From assembly GCF_018977255.1 (NCBI RefSeq), contig NW_024704742.1:135038001-135102000 (forward strand): a DNA stretch of 64,000 nt, in the 5' to 3' direction. Below, one piece after another: positions 52,836-64,000 of the stretch. Position 1 is the first letter of the stretch, and each line of letters opens with the position of its first letter. Both the position numbers and the translations under genes were made by a program. The DNA comes from Callorhinchus milii. Lineage: Eukaryota. The notes below the pieces were generated by a model, which did not search any database, was not told the origin of the DNA, and saw only the letters and a list, made by a program, of their open reading frames with translations.

Positions 52836-53343
52836 CAGACTGCAGGATAAAAAAAAAATCTCTGAAGGCTTCATTTCTTATGTAGCTGGCAAAGCAAAGC
52901 ACAGCAAAAGCACAGCACAGCAGTCATTTTCATCCTGCCAGAAAGAGCTTTTGCAGATTTTTTTTAAAAAAAATGATCCAAGACTGACTGTGCTCTCACC
53001 ATTAGAGTCAAACTACCATTACTGCTGGCTGTGACAGAAGGTTGCTGTTTGTTCTTTCTTAAATTAAAACCTGACGATTTGGGCAAATAAGTCCTCGTTC
53101 ATTTGACATTTACCTTTGGGAACTCGGCAGTGTAGACATTACAAATACCTCGGGAGGCCATTGGACTCCCTAACCTGAACCATTCCGTGGGGAATAGTCC
53201 TGATTCTGTCAGGCAATGAGAGTGAGTGCATGCCTGAGCTCAGCTCCTCTTGAGATAATGGGCTAACAGATGAGAAAGATGAACAGCAGCTTTGCTGCAG
53301 ATACAGAAGCAGAGTCTATGTAAAATGGCAACTTACAAAGTAT

Positions 53344-53650
53344 AACAACAACCACTTGCTATTTATATAGCGCCCCTCACATGGGGTAGCATCCCAGAGT
53401 TCTTGACAGTGGCAGAGCACGATGCCAAGCTGGGGGGAAGTGACCAGAAGCATGGTCGAAGTGGAAGGTCTTCAGGCGGAAGGAGGGGGCAAGGCAGATG
53501 GATAGAGGAAGAGGTTCGGGGCATTGTGGCTGATAGAGTGGCCAAAAATGGTGGAACGGAGGGTACAGGGGAAAAGCAGGAAGCCGGAGTCAGTCGAGCA
53601 GAGGCAGCGGGTAATGGGTTGGGGAGTAAGTAGGTCGGAGAGGTAGGGAA
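53344..53650 (-). mobile_element. Old L2 3' fragment
   Basis: Degenerate similarity to the L2 3' region and a variant tail. Confidence 0.6.
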
Positions 53651-54139
53651 ACTACATACTAGAAATGATTTACTATAAAGCTTTGATTTACAGAGTACTT
53701 ACACAATGTTTTCGTTTAGAAAGTTTAGAAAGTTTAACACAGTACCCTTTAAATAAACTTTGGATTGCTTCATCAGATCCACTTGTCATTACTATGATGC
53801 AAACTTGAAGCAGGAATACCATGAAGCTTATGGGAGGGAGTAAAGGAATGGGTAGAGACTTATGTGGAGTATAAACGCTAGTTCAGACTGGTTAGGCCGA
53901 GTGGCCAGTTTACAATGATAATAATAATCCTTGCATTTGATATAGTGTCTTATCTTTGTGATGTCTCAAAGCGCTTCACAGAATATACTCTAAAGTGAAG
54001 TGACTGTATATTTTGTGGGTGAAATTTTGTACTTTGATGCTGTACATTCACGTGTCCGGCTGGCTCACTCTCGCCTCTGAGTCAGAAGATTGTAGGATCA
54101 AATCCTACGTCAGGATCTGAACTCACAGTCTGACAGTGC

Positions 54140-54308
54140 AATCAGGAAGCATTTCACCCAAAGAGTAGTGGAAATCTGGAACTCTCTCCCCAAAAAGGCT
54201 GTGGATCCTGGATCCATTCAAATGTTCAAGACTGAGGTGAGCAGATTTTTATTAGGTAAGGGGATCAAGGAATATAGGGCAAACACAGATAAAATTGGAG
54301 TTGAGTAG
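54140..54308 (+). mobile_element. CR1 3' fragment
   Basis: gtggaaatctggaactctctccccaaaaaggctgtgg, as at 51389-51427. Confidence 0.8.
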
Positions 54309-56087
54309 TACCCAGGGAACATTCCACCACTGCTTCCCCTAATCCCACTTCCTCGCCTTTTCTCTCCATATCCATATTGGATTTCTTCAGCAAACAGAAA
54401 AATCAGAAAATGATTTATTTTAAGAAAAAAATGAGAATTGTACTTAAAAAAACGACTGTGAGTAAGCAGCTGTGGTCAAATATAAAGCTATGTACATTAT
54501 CCATTGCAAGCACAGCAGAAAGAGCTATCACCATCCTACAGAGCAAAAGGATCTGCAAACACTGAAAAAACCCAAGGTCATCAGGATCAGGGTTTTCCAG
54601 TCAATAGCAGAGCCAAATGCTCAGCTATCAAAGAGCAAACATATCTTAACCTTTCCATTCATTATGACAGAAAAGATGCCATCTTCCACAGTAACACATC
54701 TAAACACCAAAAACCACATACATACTTTTCAGTCCTTTAATATTCTCCTGAGATTGTGATTTGTCATGTTTGAAAACACAAACAATAATTGATCCTCAAA
54801 AAAATCTGCGCAGTCATTATATCAATACAATAAATCCAATTCATTTCCAATGCAAAATCCCTTACGGCTTTTGCACAATTGCTCCTCGGAAATTTAGAAA
54901 TAAAAATAATAGAATTACTTTTAATTTGTACTCCGGTAAACTAAGCAATTGAACAGAGCAAACAAAAACCTCTTTACATTTTTCTTGTTCCTGTAGGACA
55001 ACAAGGTCTGTAGTGAATGTTTAATATGGTCCATTAATATTTAATTGATTACTTTTCATACGATCATACAAGATTACTATGGTCCTTAAAAGCCTTAAAT
55101 GACCTTCAGCCAGTTAAACAAGAGACAATTTGTAAGATATGGATAAAAGTTTCATGCAAGTTTTGAACAGAAGTCTGAATGCTAATACTGTTTCATTTTG
55201 TTTCTCCACAGGTCATAGATTCGCTGGTTAATTTGCTAGTTTGGGGAAAAGCGAATTCTACAAATAAATTGATATTTGGCATCAATAGTTCACATCTACG
55301 GGGGGAAATAATAATAATCCTTACATCTAGTACAGCGCCTTTCACATCAGGATGTCTCAAAGCACTTGATCCTTAATACTATAAAATGGAGTGTCTGTTT
55401 TGTGGGCCAACGCCAGGGTTCTAAGACCTGATCACTATCCTTCATCCCTCTACTGGAAATTACTGGATGCTGTGCCAGCACAGGATCAGAACTGGATGGC
55501 AAGGAGTTCCTGTTACCTGCTTCCATGTATTGAGGATTCAAACTTGCGCTTGTTGGATGCTAAATGACCAATTAGTGACTGTCCTTCCTTTTTGACCATG
55601 CTTACAGTCACCTCCCCCTCTCGGCACAGAGTCAGGCTCCGGCACTGTAAAGCGCTGAGACGCTACCCTGCCTGGAGGGCGTTACATAAGTGCAAGTTAT
55701 TGTTGTGCTTGGAGGGGTAAGAAGAAATGTAAGCAGGGTGGGTCTTCTTTGCACTGAGCTGGCTTCAAGGAATGTTTGGCAATGAAATGTCAGAGCCATG
55801 TCAATCCTCTGTGGCGGTCTCTTGTCTGTTTCCTGAGCCAGGTGGGACCACAGTTCTCCAGGGCACTACTGCTCACACACCAGCCAGCTTGGCTCAGCAG
55901 TAGGCACACCGGTCACTGGGGCATGGATTCCTCCCATTCAGTTCCTGGTATGATCAGGCCAATGCCAGGATTCCATTCCAGTCGCAGGGAAATTTCTACA
56001 GGTACGTACATTTTATCTGACATTGTTCTTCTCTCAGCTTGGGCGTTGACGGGAGAAACATTTTAATAGGAATGAAATTTGAGCCCA

Positions 56088-56439
56088 TGTGATCCGTAGC
56101 ACAGTGATTAGCATGATCGACTCGTGAGCGAGACGACCTGGGTTCGATTCCTGACCAGGGCAAAACTTTAGTCAAGTTTCCTCAATCCAATTCCTCGGTT
56201 TGCCTAGCAGTAAGTAGGGAACTGGTTGTCAGTCAATTGGTAGATGGCTTTCCAGGAGTAATAATCCCTCCCCAAAAAATAAACGATTATTTGTGGAATA
56301 CTGCTGTGTGCAATTGACTGCTGTATTTCGCCCACAAAATACAGTCAATCCACTTTACAATATATTCTGTGAAGTGCTTTGAGACATCTCAATAATGTGT
56401 TATGGTGTTATATCAAATGCGAGGATTATTATTATTATT
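56088..56439 (+). mobile_element. tRNA-derived SINE (long variant)
   Basis: B box GGTTCGATTCC, shared body, (ATT)n tail. Confidence 0.83.
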
Positions 56440-56774
56440 AGCATTCTTGGTTTCCATGGTGGCACTGTTGCCATTCTCAATTAACTACAATCCCTAACCA
56501 CCCATCCCCAAGCCCATCAGCAGGTTAACAGACAAATCTTTCCTGCACATGAACCACACGATAAAATGTCATCAGGACACAAAACAATTCTCACCTTGTT
56601 TGCCAAGGTCTACATCATCATTACACAAAGCAACTTTCACCCAATTACAGTTATTGCAGACGCTGCTCATATCTGTCAAGAGTACAAGCCCATAGACGAC
56701 TCATCTTCTTATTGAATGGCCAATAAGTCAAGATGCTTTTCTGGCTCGAGTGAGTTATTTGCCAGTGAGGACAA

Positions 56775-57146
56775 GCAACATATTGCATCTATTTAGCACC
56801 TTTCACATCAAGAGGACGTCCCAAGGCGCTGAACCATCAAGGTTTTGGACCAGAGCTGGAGGTTAGGATCAGGAGGGGTGGAGGGCAGGGAGGGTAGGCG
56901 TGGGAGGGTGACCGAAGACGCGGTCGAAGAGGTAGGTCTTGAGAAGGGCCTTGAAGGAGGCAAGGGAAGGGGCGAGGCAAAGGGACTGTGGGATGGAGTT
57001 CCAAACAGTGGGGGCAGAGAGACTGAAGATCCAACCGCCGATGGTGGGGCAGACAGAGTGGTGGGACATGGAGCAGGGCTGAACCCGCTGAGCGGAGGGA
57101 GCAGACAGGTCGGTATGGAGTTAGCAGGTCACAGAGGTAGGGAGAG
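56775..57146 (-). mobile_element. Old L2 3' fragment
   Basis: Translates to PTIGGWIFSLSAPTVWNSIPQSLCLAPSLASFKALLKTYLFD; 3' stem-loop remnant present. Confidence 0.82.
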
Positions 57147-57472
57147 TTATAAAGTCTGATCGATTGTCCATTGGCAGAAATCATGAGTTCATTTTGACCA
57201 CAATCGCTGTCCACAATAGAAAATCATTAACGTGCATTAATCCCCGATCCCAACCCTATAAAACAATAAACCCCATTATAACCTAACCCTAGGTAGTAAG
57301 ACAATCCATTGGATTTACAGTACATTTAGAAATGTACAAAGTTTACCAATGCCTTGCAGGTTGGTACTACATTTACAGGTATAATCTGGCAATGTAACTT
57401 GAGAATGCTGATGATCTCTTGATAGAAATGCACAGAAGAGTCACAGGTATAGAAGCAGGACCTTTTTCTTAC

Positions 57473-57586
57473 CTGCAGTAATGTCATCATCCGTGAGGTC
57501 TGCCTCTTCCTCCTGGACTTTGGCATCTGCCCCTTGTAAATCAGGACTTGCACTACCAGCTTGAATGGATTCGGTCGTCACTCCGG
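57473..57586 (-). CDS. Candidate 114-nt internal coding exon (phase 1-1) of an unidentified host gene: (A)GVTTESIQAGSASPDLQGADAKVQEEEADLTDDDITA
   Basis: Branch-like TTCTAAC, acceptor GGTTGCTTTTCAG|, donor CAG|GTAAGA. Length divisible by 3, only one open frame, non-repetitive sequence. Protein not recognised. Confidence 0.55.
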
Positions 57587-57680
57587 CTGAAAAGCAACCC
57601 ATCAGACAGGTTAGAATGGCAAACTTTACATCAATTTGACCTTCACTAAGCACTAATACACTGAACTTTTCTGGCAAATG

Positions 57681-57916
57681 GACCACAATATTTTTTATTC
57701 TGGTTCTTCAGATTCCCATGTTCCTCTACAGTGAGGAAGTTTGATTCACGATCTCCCAAGGTAAGAACGTGGTATGTGAGAGGGCTAGATGCATGATTAA
57801 TGAATGCACATTTTAGAATAATGGTGGTTAAGTATTGCATTAGACAGAGAGACTCTTCTCGGTACTATGTTCAGATGTGGCCTCGCTTTCCAATCTATAG
57901 CCTTTTAGACCAATAT
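57681..57916. repeat. Inverted duplicate of 61941-62185
   Basis: For example ttccaatctatagccttttagaccaatat is the reverse complement of atattggtctaaaaggctatagattggaa. Confidence 0.9.
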
Positions 57917-58042
57917 AGCAATACATAATATCGCACACAAAATACGCAGTCAATTCACTTTATAGTATATTCTGTGAAGTACTTTGAGACGTCACGAAGA
58001 CGTGAAAAGGCACTATATCAAATGCAAGGATTATTATTATTA

Positions 58043-58271
58043 CATAGAAACATGGGAACAGGAATAGGTCATTCAGCTCTGTGAGCCTGTTCTGCCATTC
58101 TATCTGATCATGGCTGATCTCTACCTCAACTCCAATTACCCGCCTTTGCCCCATATCCCTTGATACCCTTATCTGACAAAAATCTATCCACGTCAGTCAT
58201 GAAAATTGAATGGATCTCAGCATCTCCAGCCTTTTGGGGGAGAGAGTTTCAAATTTACACTACCTTTTGCA
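58043..58271 (-). mobile_element. CR1 3' fragment flanked by a 29-bp direct repeat
   Basis: Similar to 51380-51598; flanks 58014-58042 and 58272-58300 are identical. Confidence 0.82.
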
Positions 58272-59627
58272 TATATCAAATGCAAGGATTATTATTATTA
58301 TTATTGTTATTATCTACTCCCAAAGGAGGCATTCCCACAGGATTTCTAACAGGACTGTTTTGTGAAGGAATCCTTTCAGAATCCTGTACTTTAGATCCCT
58401 GTAATAATTTCGGTTTAATAATGTACAACAACTTACACTCATAACTTTTGCCCATAAAATACACAGTCACACCACTTTCCAGTATAGCTCACAAAGCGCT
58501 TTGAGATGTCTCGACAAAATGATAAGGATCTCTATCAAATGCAATAATAATAAACATTCTGAATATGGAATGACCATGTCAAAGCACTTCACAGGGACAG
58601 TGGGCATCACAGAGTGGGGAGAAAAGGATGGGAGGAGTTTGAGAGTCTCAACAACGTGATAAGGTGCAATATCAAATGCAAGGGTTATTATTATTGACTA
58701 AAGGCACGGTTTAACAGATTTCTCGGGGCAATAAACCCTTCAAAAATATTTTTTTAAATAAAATAATAATAACTTAGTCACCCAACCACGATTATTTGTG
58801 GGACACTGCTGTGCGCAATTAACTGCCGCGTTTTGCCCACAAAACACAGTCACTACACTTTGCAGTATATTCTGGGAAGCACTTTGAGACGTCTTGACGG
58901 CGTGATAGGGCGCTATGTCAAATGCAAGGATGATTAGTATTACATTTTCAGGAGGGTTTTGAATGCAGGGGTACAAAGGCGAAAGGGATGGTGATTTGAG
59001 GAGAGAATGTCATAAAACAGGGGCATAGCGCTTTGGGACGTCCTCCCGACGTGAAAAGCACTACATCAAATGTAAGGATTATTATAGTGGCTGAAGGCAG
59101 GCCCGCTGATGGTGGAACATTGGGTATGAGGAATTGGGTGAGATGAAGAACACACCAGACAGACTACTACGTAGGACATTATTTAATTTCTTCCTCTTTT
59201 AACAAAGATTTTAAAAACACTGTGGAGGACTTGGGATTTTGTTTTTAAATCAGCATCAAGATTACAAAACATACTTTGCTAAAAAAGTATCAGCAGTCAA
59301 CGATTTGAGGGGGAAAAAGGTCTGAAAAAGGACACCTGCCCCAGTTGGGGTTCTTTCTATTGATCTGTCAATTTTATCACAATCTGCCATTTCAAGTGAT
59401 TTTGCAATCACAAGAGAACGACTGGAGGTAGTTCATGAAGAATGGGAGAGAACAGTCATCGAAAGCTCCCGCTTTGGAAAAATGCCTCCCAATTAAGAGC
59501 ACGACTGTAATCAATGTGACCAAACATACTGAACTGTTTTTCGAGTAAATAGCTGGGTGTCAGTGTGGCTAACGCCAGAAAGAAGCTGCTCTTATTCAAA
59601 CCAACTCATACAATACTACTACTACCA

Positions 59628-59952
59628 CTAATAATATTTGCATTTGATATAGCGCCTTATCATATCATTGAGACTTATCAAAGCGCTTCACAGAATATAC
59701 TGTAAAGTCAATTGACTGTATATATTGTGGGGAAACGCAGCAGCCAATTGCACACAGCAGTGTCCTACAAACATTTTTTTAAGGGATTATTACCCTTGGA
59801 AGCAATCCGCTAATCAACTAACAACCGAGTTCCTCCTTATTGCTATGTAAACAGAGGCATGTTTGAGGAAACTTGCCTAAGGTTTCGCTCTGCCCGCGAA
59901 TTCAACTCAGCCCCTCTCGTTGCAAGGCAAGTGCTCTAATCACGCCACTACA
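59628..59952 (-). mobile_element. tRNA-derived SINE (long variant)
   Basis: Same modular structure as 19870-20208. Confidence 0.8.
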
Positions 59953-60810
59953 TGTCTCTGTAATTTGCACAACTTTGCACAAAATTCAAATTTTATTGTA
60001 CGCCAATTCTAAGCACTCCAAGTACTTGTACTCTAATTCAGAATATTAGTTGTTACACTCCCCTCCCCCACCCCACTGGCCACCAGGAATGTTTGTGGCC
60101 ATGATGCTAAAACGAACTGATAATCAGATAAATGCATCTTATCTGAATTCTCTCCATTATCTCACGACTCAAGCATGTAATAAATTCTCGGAATTATATT
60201 GAGTGCCAATACGTAGGATGTAGAATCTCGCCTTATAGGGAGGTCAATCCGCTCAAATCTCTTCGTAGCCGATCAATAAATTCCTGAATTTTGGAATTTA
60301 TTGGTGCATTTTACAAAGGACAAAAATGACATGTTGCCCATCTATCTCCTTCTGGTTTGGTTTTCATGCAAGACCCTACTAGATCATTTTTATCTCTCTT
60401 CTGCCTCAGTGCTTTCCCAGTAATACTACTCTTCACCCAAATCAACAGGAATCTGTTTGGAATGTTTCACCCTGGTCTTAAGTTTAAATGTCAGCCTGGC
60501 TCAGTGAGGAGCAGTCTCTCATCTGAGTCAGAAGGTTGCCGATTCAAGCCCCACTTTGGGACTTGGAATTCACAGTCTAGGCTGATACTCCAATAGGCTG
60601 CATGGGCAGTGTGGAGACCTGTAGCGTATTGGTTAGAGCACTCAAGCAAAAGGACCCGGATTCAATTCCTAGGCAGTGAAACCTTGGGCAAATTGTGTTA
60701 CTCCACAAGCCTCTAGTAAATAGGAAACTGTGGTAAGTTGATTGGCAGATTGCTTTCTGGGTGTAGTAATCCCTTCAAAATAAATAAATAATTTGGTCAC
60801 TCAATCCACG

Positions 60811-61741
60811 ACTTTCTTCAGCTCAACGTGCGAAAAACCGAGGCCCTCCTGATTGGTTCGCGTCAGCGCCTCCGCACCTCAGGCGCCGACACCATCAGCA
60901 TCCAAGGCTGCACTCTCCACCTCTCAAAGCCAGTCAGGAACCTCGGGGTTCTGTTCGACCCTGAGCTGTCCTTTCTCCCTCACATCCGCACCACAACTGG
61001 CACCACCTTCCATCACCTCCGGAACATCGCCAGACTACCCCATTACCTCACCCCTCACGCTGCTGAAACTCTGGTCCACGCCTTTGTCACCTCAAGGCTG
61101 GACTATGGGAACTCTCTCCTCGCCGGCCTTCCCGCCACCTCCCTCCACAAGCTGCAGGTCATTCAGAACTCTGCAGCTCGTGTACTGTCCCGCACCAGGC
61201 TTCGGGACCACATCACTCCCACCCTCGCTCACCTCCACTGGCTCCCCATCCCCAGAGGATTGATTTCAAGATCCTCATCCTCACCTACAAGGCCATTCAC
61301 GGCCTTGCTCCCTCCTCCCTCTCCAACCTACTATCCCCCTACCTACCTGCCCGTACCCTCCGTTCCTCCGGCTCCGGTCTGCTCCACGTCCCCCGCCCCA
61401 ATCGCCCTACCATTGGTGGTCAGGCCTTCAGCCTCTCAGCCCCAGGCTCCGGAACTCTATCCCCCAGTGCCTTCGCCTTGCTTCCTCCCTCTCCTCCTTC
61501 AAGGCCGGTCTCAAAACCTTTCTCTCTGACCGAGCCTTCAGCTCCCCTCTCGACTCTCTTCCCCCTTCTCGCTCCCTCCCATCCCTCCCCTCACCCTGAC
61601 CATTTCCCCCCTCCTCGCTCCCCTCCCCTCACCCTGACCATTTCCCCCCTGCTCGGGTCATGACCCAACTGTGCAGCGCCTTGGGACGTCCTCCTGACGT
61701 GAAAGGCGCTTTATAAATGGAATCTTGTTGTTGTTGTTGTT
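60811..61741 (+). mobile_element. 5'-truncated copy of the young L2 family with a frameshift, inserted in a SINE
   Basis: Matches the ORF C-terminus ([17 protein letters not shown]…LHWLPI). A 1-nt deletion near 61250 shifts the frame. 3' stem-loop and (TTG)n tail present. SINE sequence resumes on both sides. Confidence 0.93.
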
Positions 61742-62595
61742 TGTGGCACATTGCTGTGCACAACTTGCTGCCACGTTTCGCCCACAAAATACAGTCAATA
61801 TAATTTACAGTATATTCTGTGAGCCCTTTGACTTGTTTAAAAATAGCTTCATGCTGTATTGGTTGGTATTCTGGAAGGATGCGATTGAATGGGCCAAAGG
61901 GCAATCATCATCCAACCAGTCTTGCGATCTTGGTTTTGGGATATTGGTCTAAAAGGCTATAGATTGGAAAGGGAAGCCACATCTGAACATAGTAGCAGAA
62001 GAGTCTCCCTGTCTAATGCAATACCTAACCACCATTAACCTAAAATGTGCGTTCATTGATTGTGCATCTAGTCCTCTCACATACCATGTTCTTACCTTGG
62101 AAGAATGTGAATCAGAGCTGACATCGCAGTGCTTCACTGCAGAGTAACACAAGAATGTGCTGAACCAGATAAAAACACTGTGATCTATTTTATCGAAGAA
62201 TTAAAAAGAAGTATTAAAAAACTTACACAACTCATTATGATAATAATACTAATCCTTGCATTTGACGCAGCGCCTTAGCACACTGTTAGATGTCTCAAAG
62301 CCCTTCATAAAATATATTGTGAAGTAAATTGACTGTATATTTTGTGGGCAAAATGCAGCAGGAAATGATGCACAACAGTGTCCCACAAACAGTCATGGAT
62401 TGCATGACCAATTTTTTTTGAGGGATTATTACCCTTGGAAAATGATCCACAAATCAATTAAGAACCAGGTTCCTAATTACTGCTAGATAAACAGAGGCAT
62501 GTGGAGTAAGAAAACTTGTTTTGCCCCTCATATCTCAGAGCCCTAACTGAATTCTTGAATTGCATTTTGAATATTAAGATGCCCTTACTATAATG

Positions 62596-62890
62596 GTAAT
62601 AATAATAATCCTTGCATTTGATGTAGCGCTTTTCACGCCTTTGAGATGTCTCAAAGCGCTTCACAGAATATACTGTAAAGTGAATTGACTATATATTTGT
62701 GGGCGAATTGCAGCAGTCACAAACAGCCGTGGATTGAAGTGACCAATTTATTATTGTTTTTTTTCTTGAGGGATTATTGTCAGGCGTGTGTAGTAAGGAG
62801 GAAACTTGCCCTAGGTTTCGCCCTGCCGGGAATTGAACCTAGGTCTCTCGCTTGCGAGGCAAGCGCTCTAAAGACTGAGCTTACAGGACT
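62596..62890 (-). mobile_element. tRNA-derived SINE (short variant)
   Basis: tRNA-like head, shared body, (ATT)n tail. Confidence 0.85.
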
Positions 62891-62919
62891 GTGCTTGTGT
62901 TTCTCGATGGGTTTCATTA

Positions 62920-63520
62920 ACAATTTGCACTTATTATAAATCACCTTTCACATAGGGAGAGGGAAGGGGCAGAGTGGCTAATTGCTCACCCACTGATGGT
63001 GTGGCGGAGCTGGTGGGGTAAATGAAGCAGGCCGCAGTTGGAGGATCGAAAGGAGATCACTGAGGTTGGAGGGGCAAAGCCATGGAAGTATTTAAAGGTG
63101 AGGATGAGGATCTAAAGTTGATCTGTTGTGGGATAGGGAGCCAATGGAGCCAAGCAAGGCTGGGGGTCAAGGGCTTGGAGCCTGGTGTGGGAGAGTATGT
63201 GGGTTGTGGAGTTCTGGTCAGGTGTGGAATTGTGGGGCTGAGGCAATGCCAAGTAGAGCGTTGAAGAACTGATGTCCAGAGATGACAAAGGCTTAGATGA
63301 AGGTTCGACCTGCGTGGGGTGGGGTGAAGCATTGGCATTGACAAAGGCAGGTGGTGGTGTGGAGATGGTGATAAGGAATCTTGGTCAGTGCCTGGGTGAA
63401 AGAAAAGGAGCCACTGTGTGTACGAGTGAATGAGTGAGCGGAGAGGTCAATTTTGTTAGCACCAGAGGTGAGAAAACTGTGTTGGGAGTGGAGCAGAACT
63501 GCCTCAGTTTTAAGCTCAAG
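62920..63520 (-). mobile_element. Very old L2 3' fragment
   Basis: Remnant frames LKTEAVLL.SQ..LTSGA and [15 protein letters not shown]. Confidence 0.7.
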
Positions 63521-64000
63521 TGAGTTCAAGAATAGCTCCATCACAAGGGAGGGGAGGAGAGAGAGCAGGAAACCCTGGAAAGCCAAACTGAAAGTAGAAA
63601 TTACTGAGGGGTCATGCTCAAAACGTCAATCTATTGTCTTCCTGCAGATGCTGAATGGCCTACTGTGCATTCCCAGCAATTTCTGCCTCGATTTAAAAAC
63701 ACACAGGTGCTATCCATTGAGCATCCGCACAGGTTACTTACAGAGAGCACATTAACATCTACTCATTGCTGAAGTTGCATTAAGAGTAGATAGTAGATGA
63801 CTTCGGAATTGAAGTCCTTCAAATAAATATGATTTTAAGGCTCTTTCGACTCCTGTGAGAATCGCCCACAAAATATAGCCAATTCACTTTACAGTATATT
63901 CTGTGAAACGCTTTGAGATGTCACGAAGAAGCGATAAAGCACTATATCAAATGAAAGGATTATTTTATTATTATTATTACAGATTTAATAATAATAATTT

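Noticed and set aside
53114..53262. Minus-strand 149-nt exon-like segment with good splice signals
   Set aside because: It has stop codons in all three frames.
55180..55230. Strong plus-strand acceptor (CTAAT…TTTTGTTTCTCCACAG|G)
   Set aside because: There is no convincing donor or coding continuation, and it conflicts with the minus-strand exon candidate. It remains unresolved without RNA data.
1..64000. CRISPR array, prokaryotic operon or defence system
   Set aside because: There are no regularly spaced repeat-spacer units and no gene-dense coding. The only reverse transcriptase is an L2-clade LINE RT.

Overview
Repeat-dense eukaryotic (vertebrate) DNA with no prokaryotic features. The repeat set (Deu-domain/SacSINE1-like SINEs, shark-type CR1 3' ends, L2-clade LINEs, a Penelope-like remnant) suggests a cartilaginous fish, possibly a chimaera; this is inference. 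The only long intact ORF belongs to a ~3.75-kb, apparently full-length, single-ORF L2-clade LINE (46348-50092, minus strand) encoding an APE endonuclease plus reverse transcriptase. Three near-identical 5'-truncated copies and many older L2 fragments are also present. A tRNA-Ala-headed SINE family with dozens of copies shares the L2 3' stem-loop. The window probably lies within long introns of an unidentified minus-strand host gene; the best exon candidate is 57473-57586. The most interesting observations are an intron-like 74-nt segment and uORFs in the LINE 5' UTR, SINE/LINE tail covariation, repeated insertions at the same two positions inside the SINE, and three local inverted duplications, one carrying an exon-like cassette. 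All identities were judged by eye and boundaries of old repeats are approximate.
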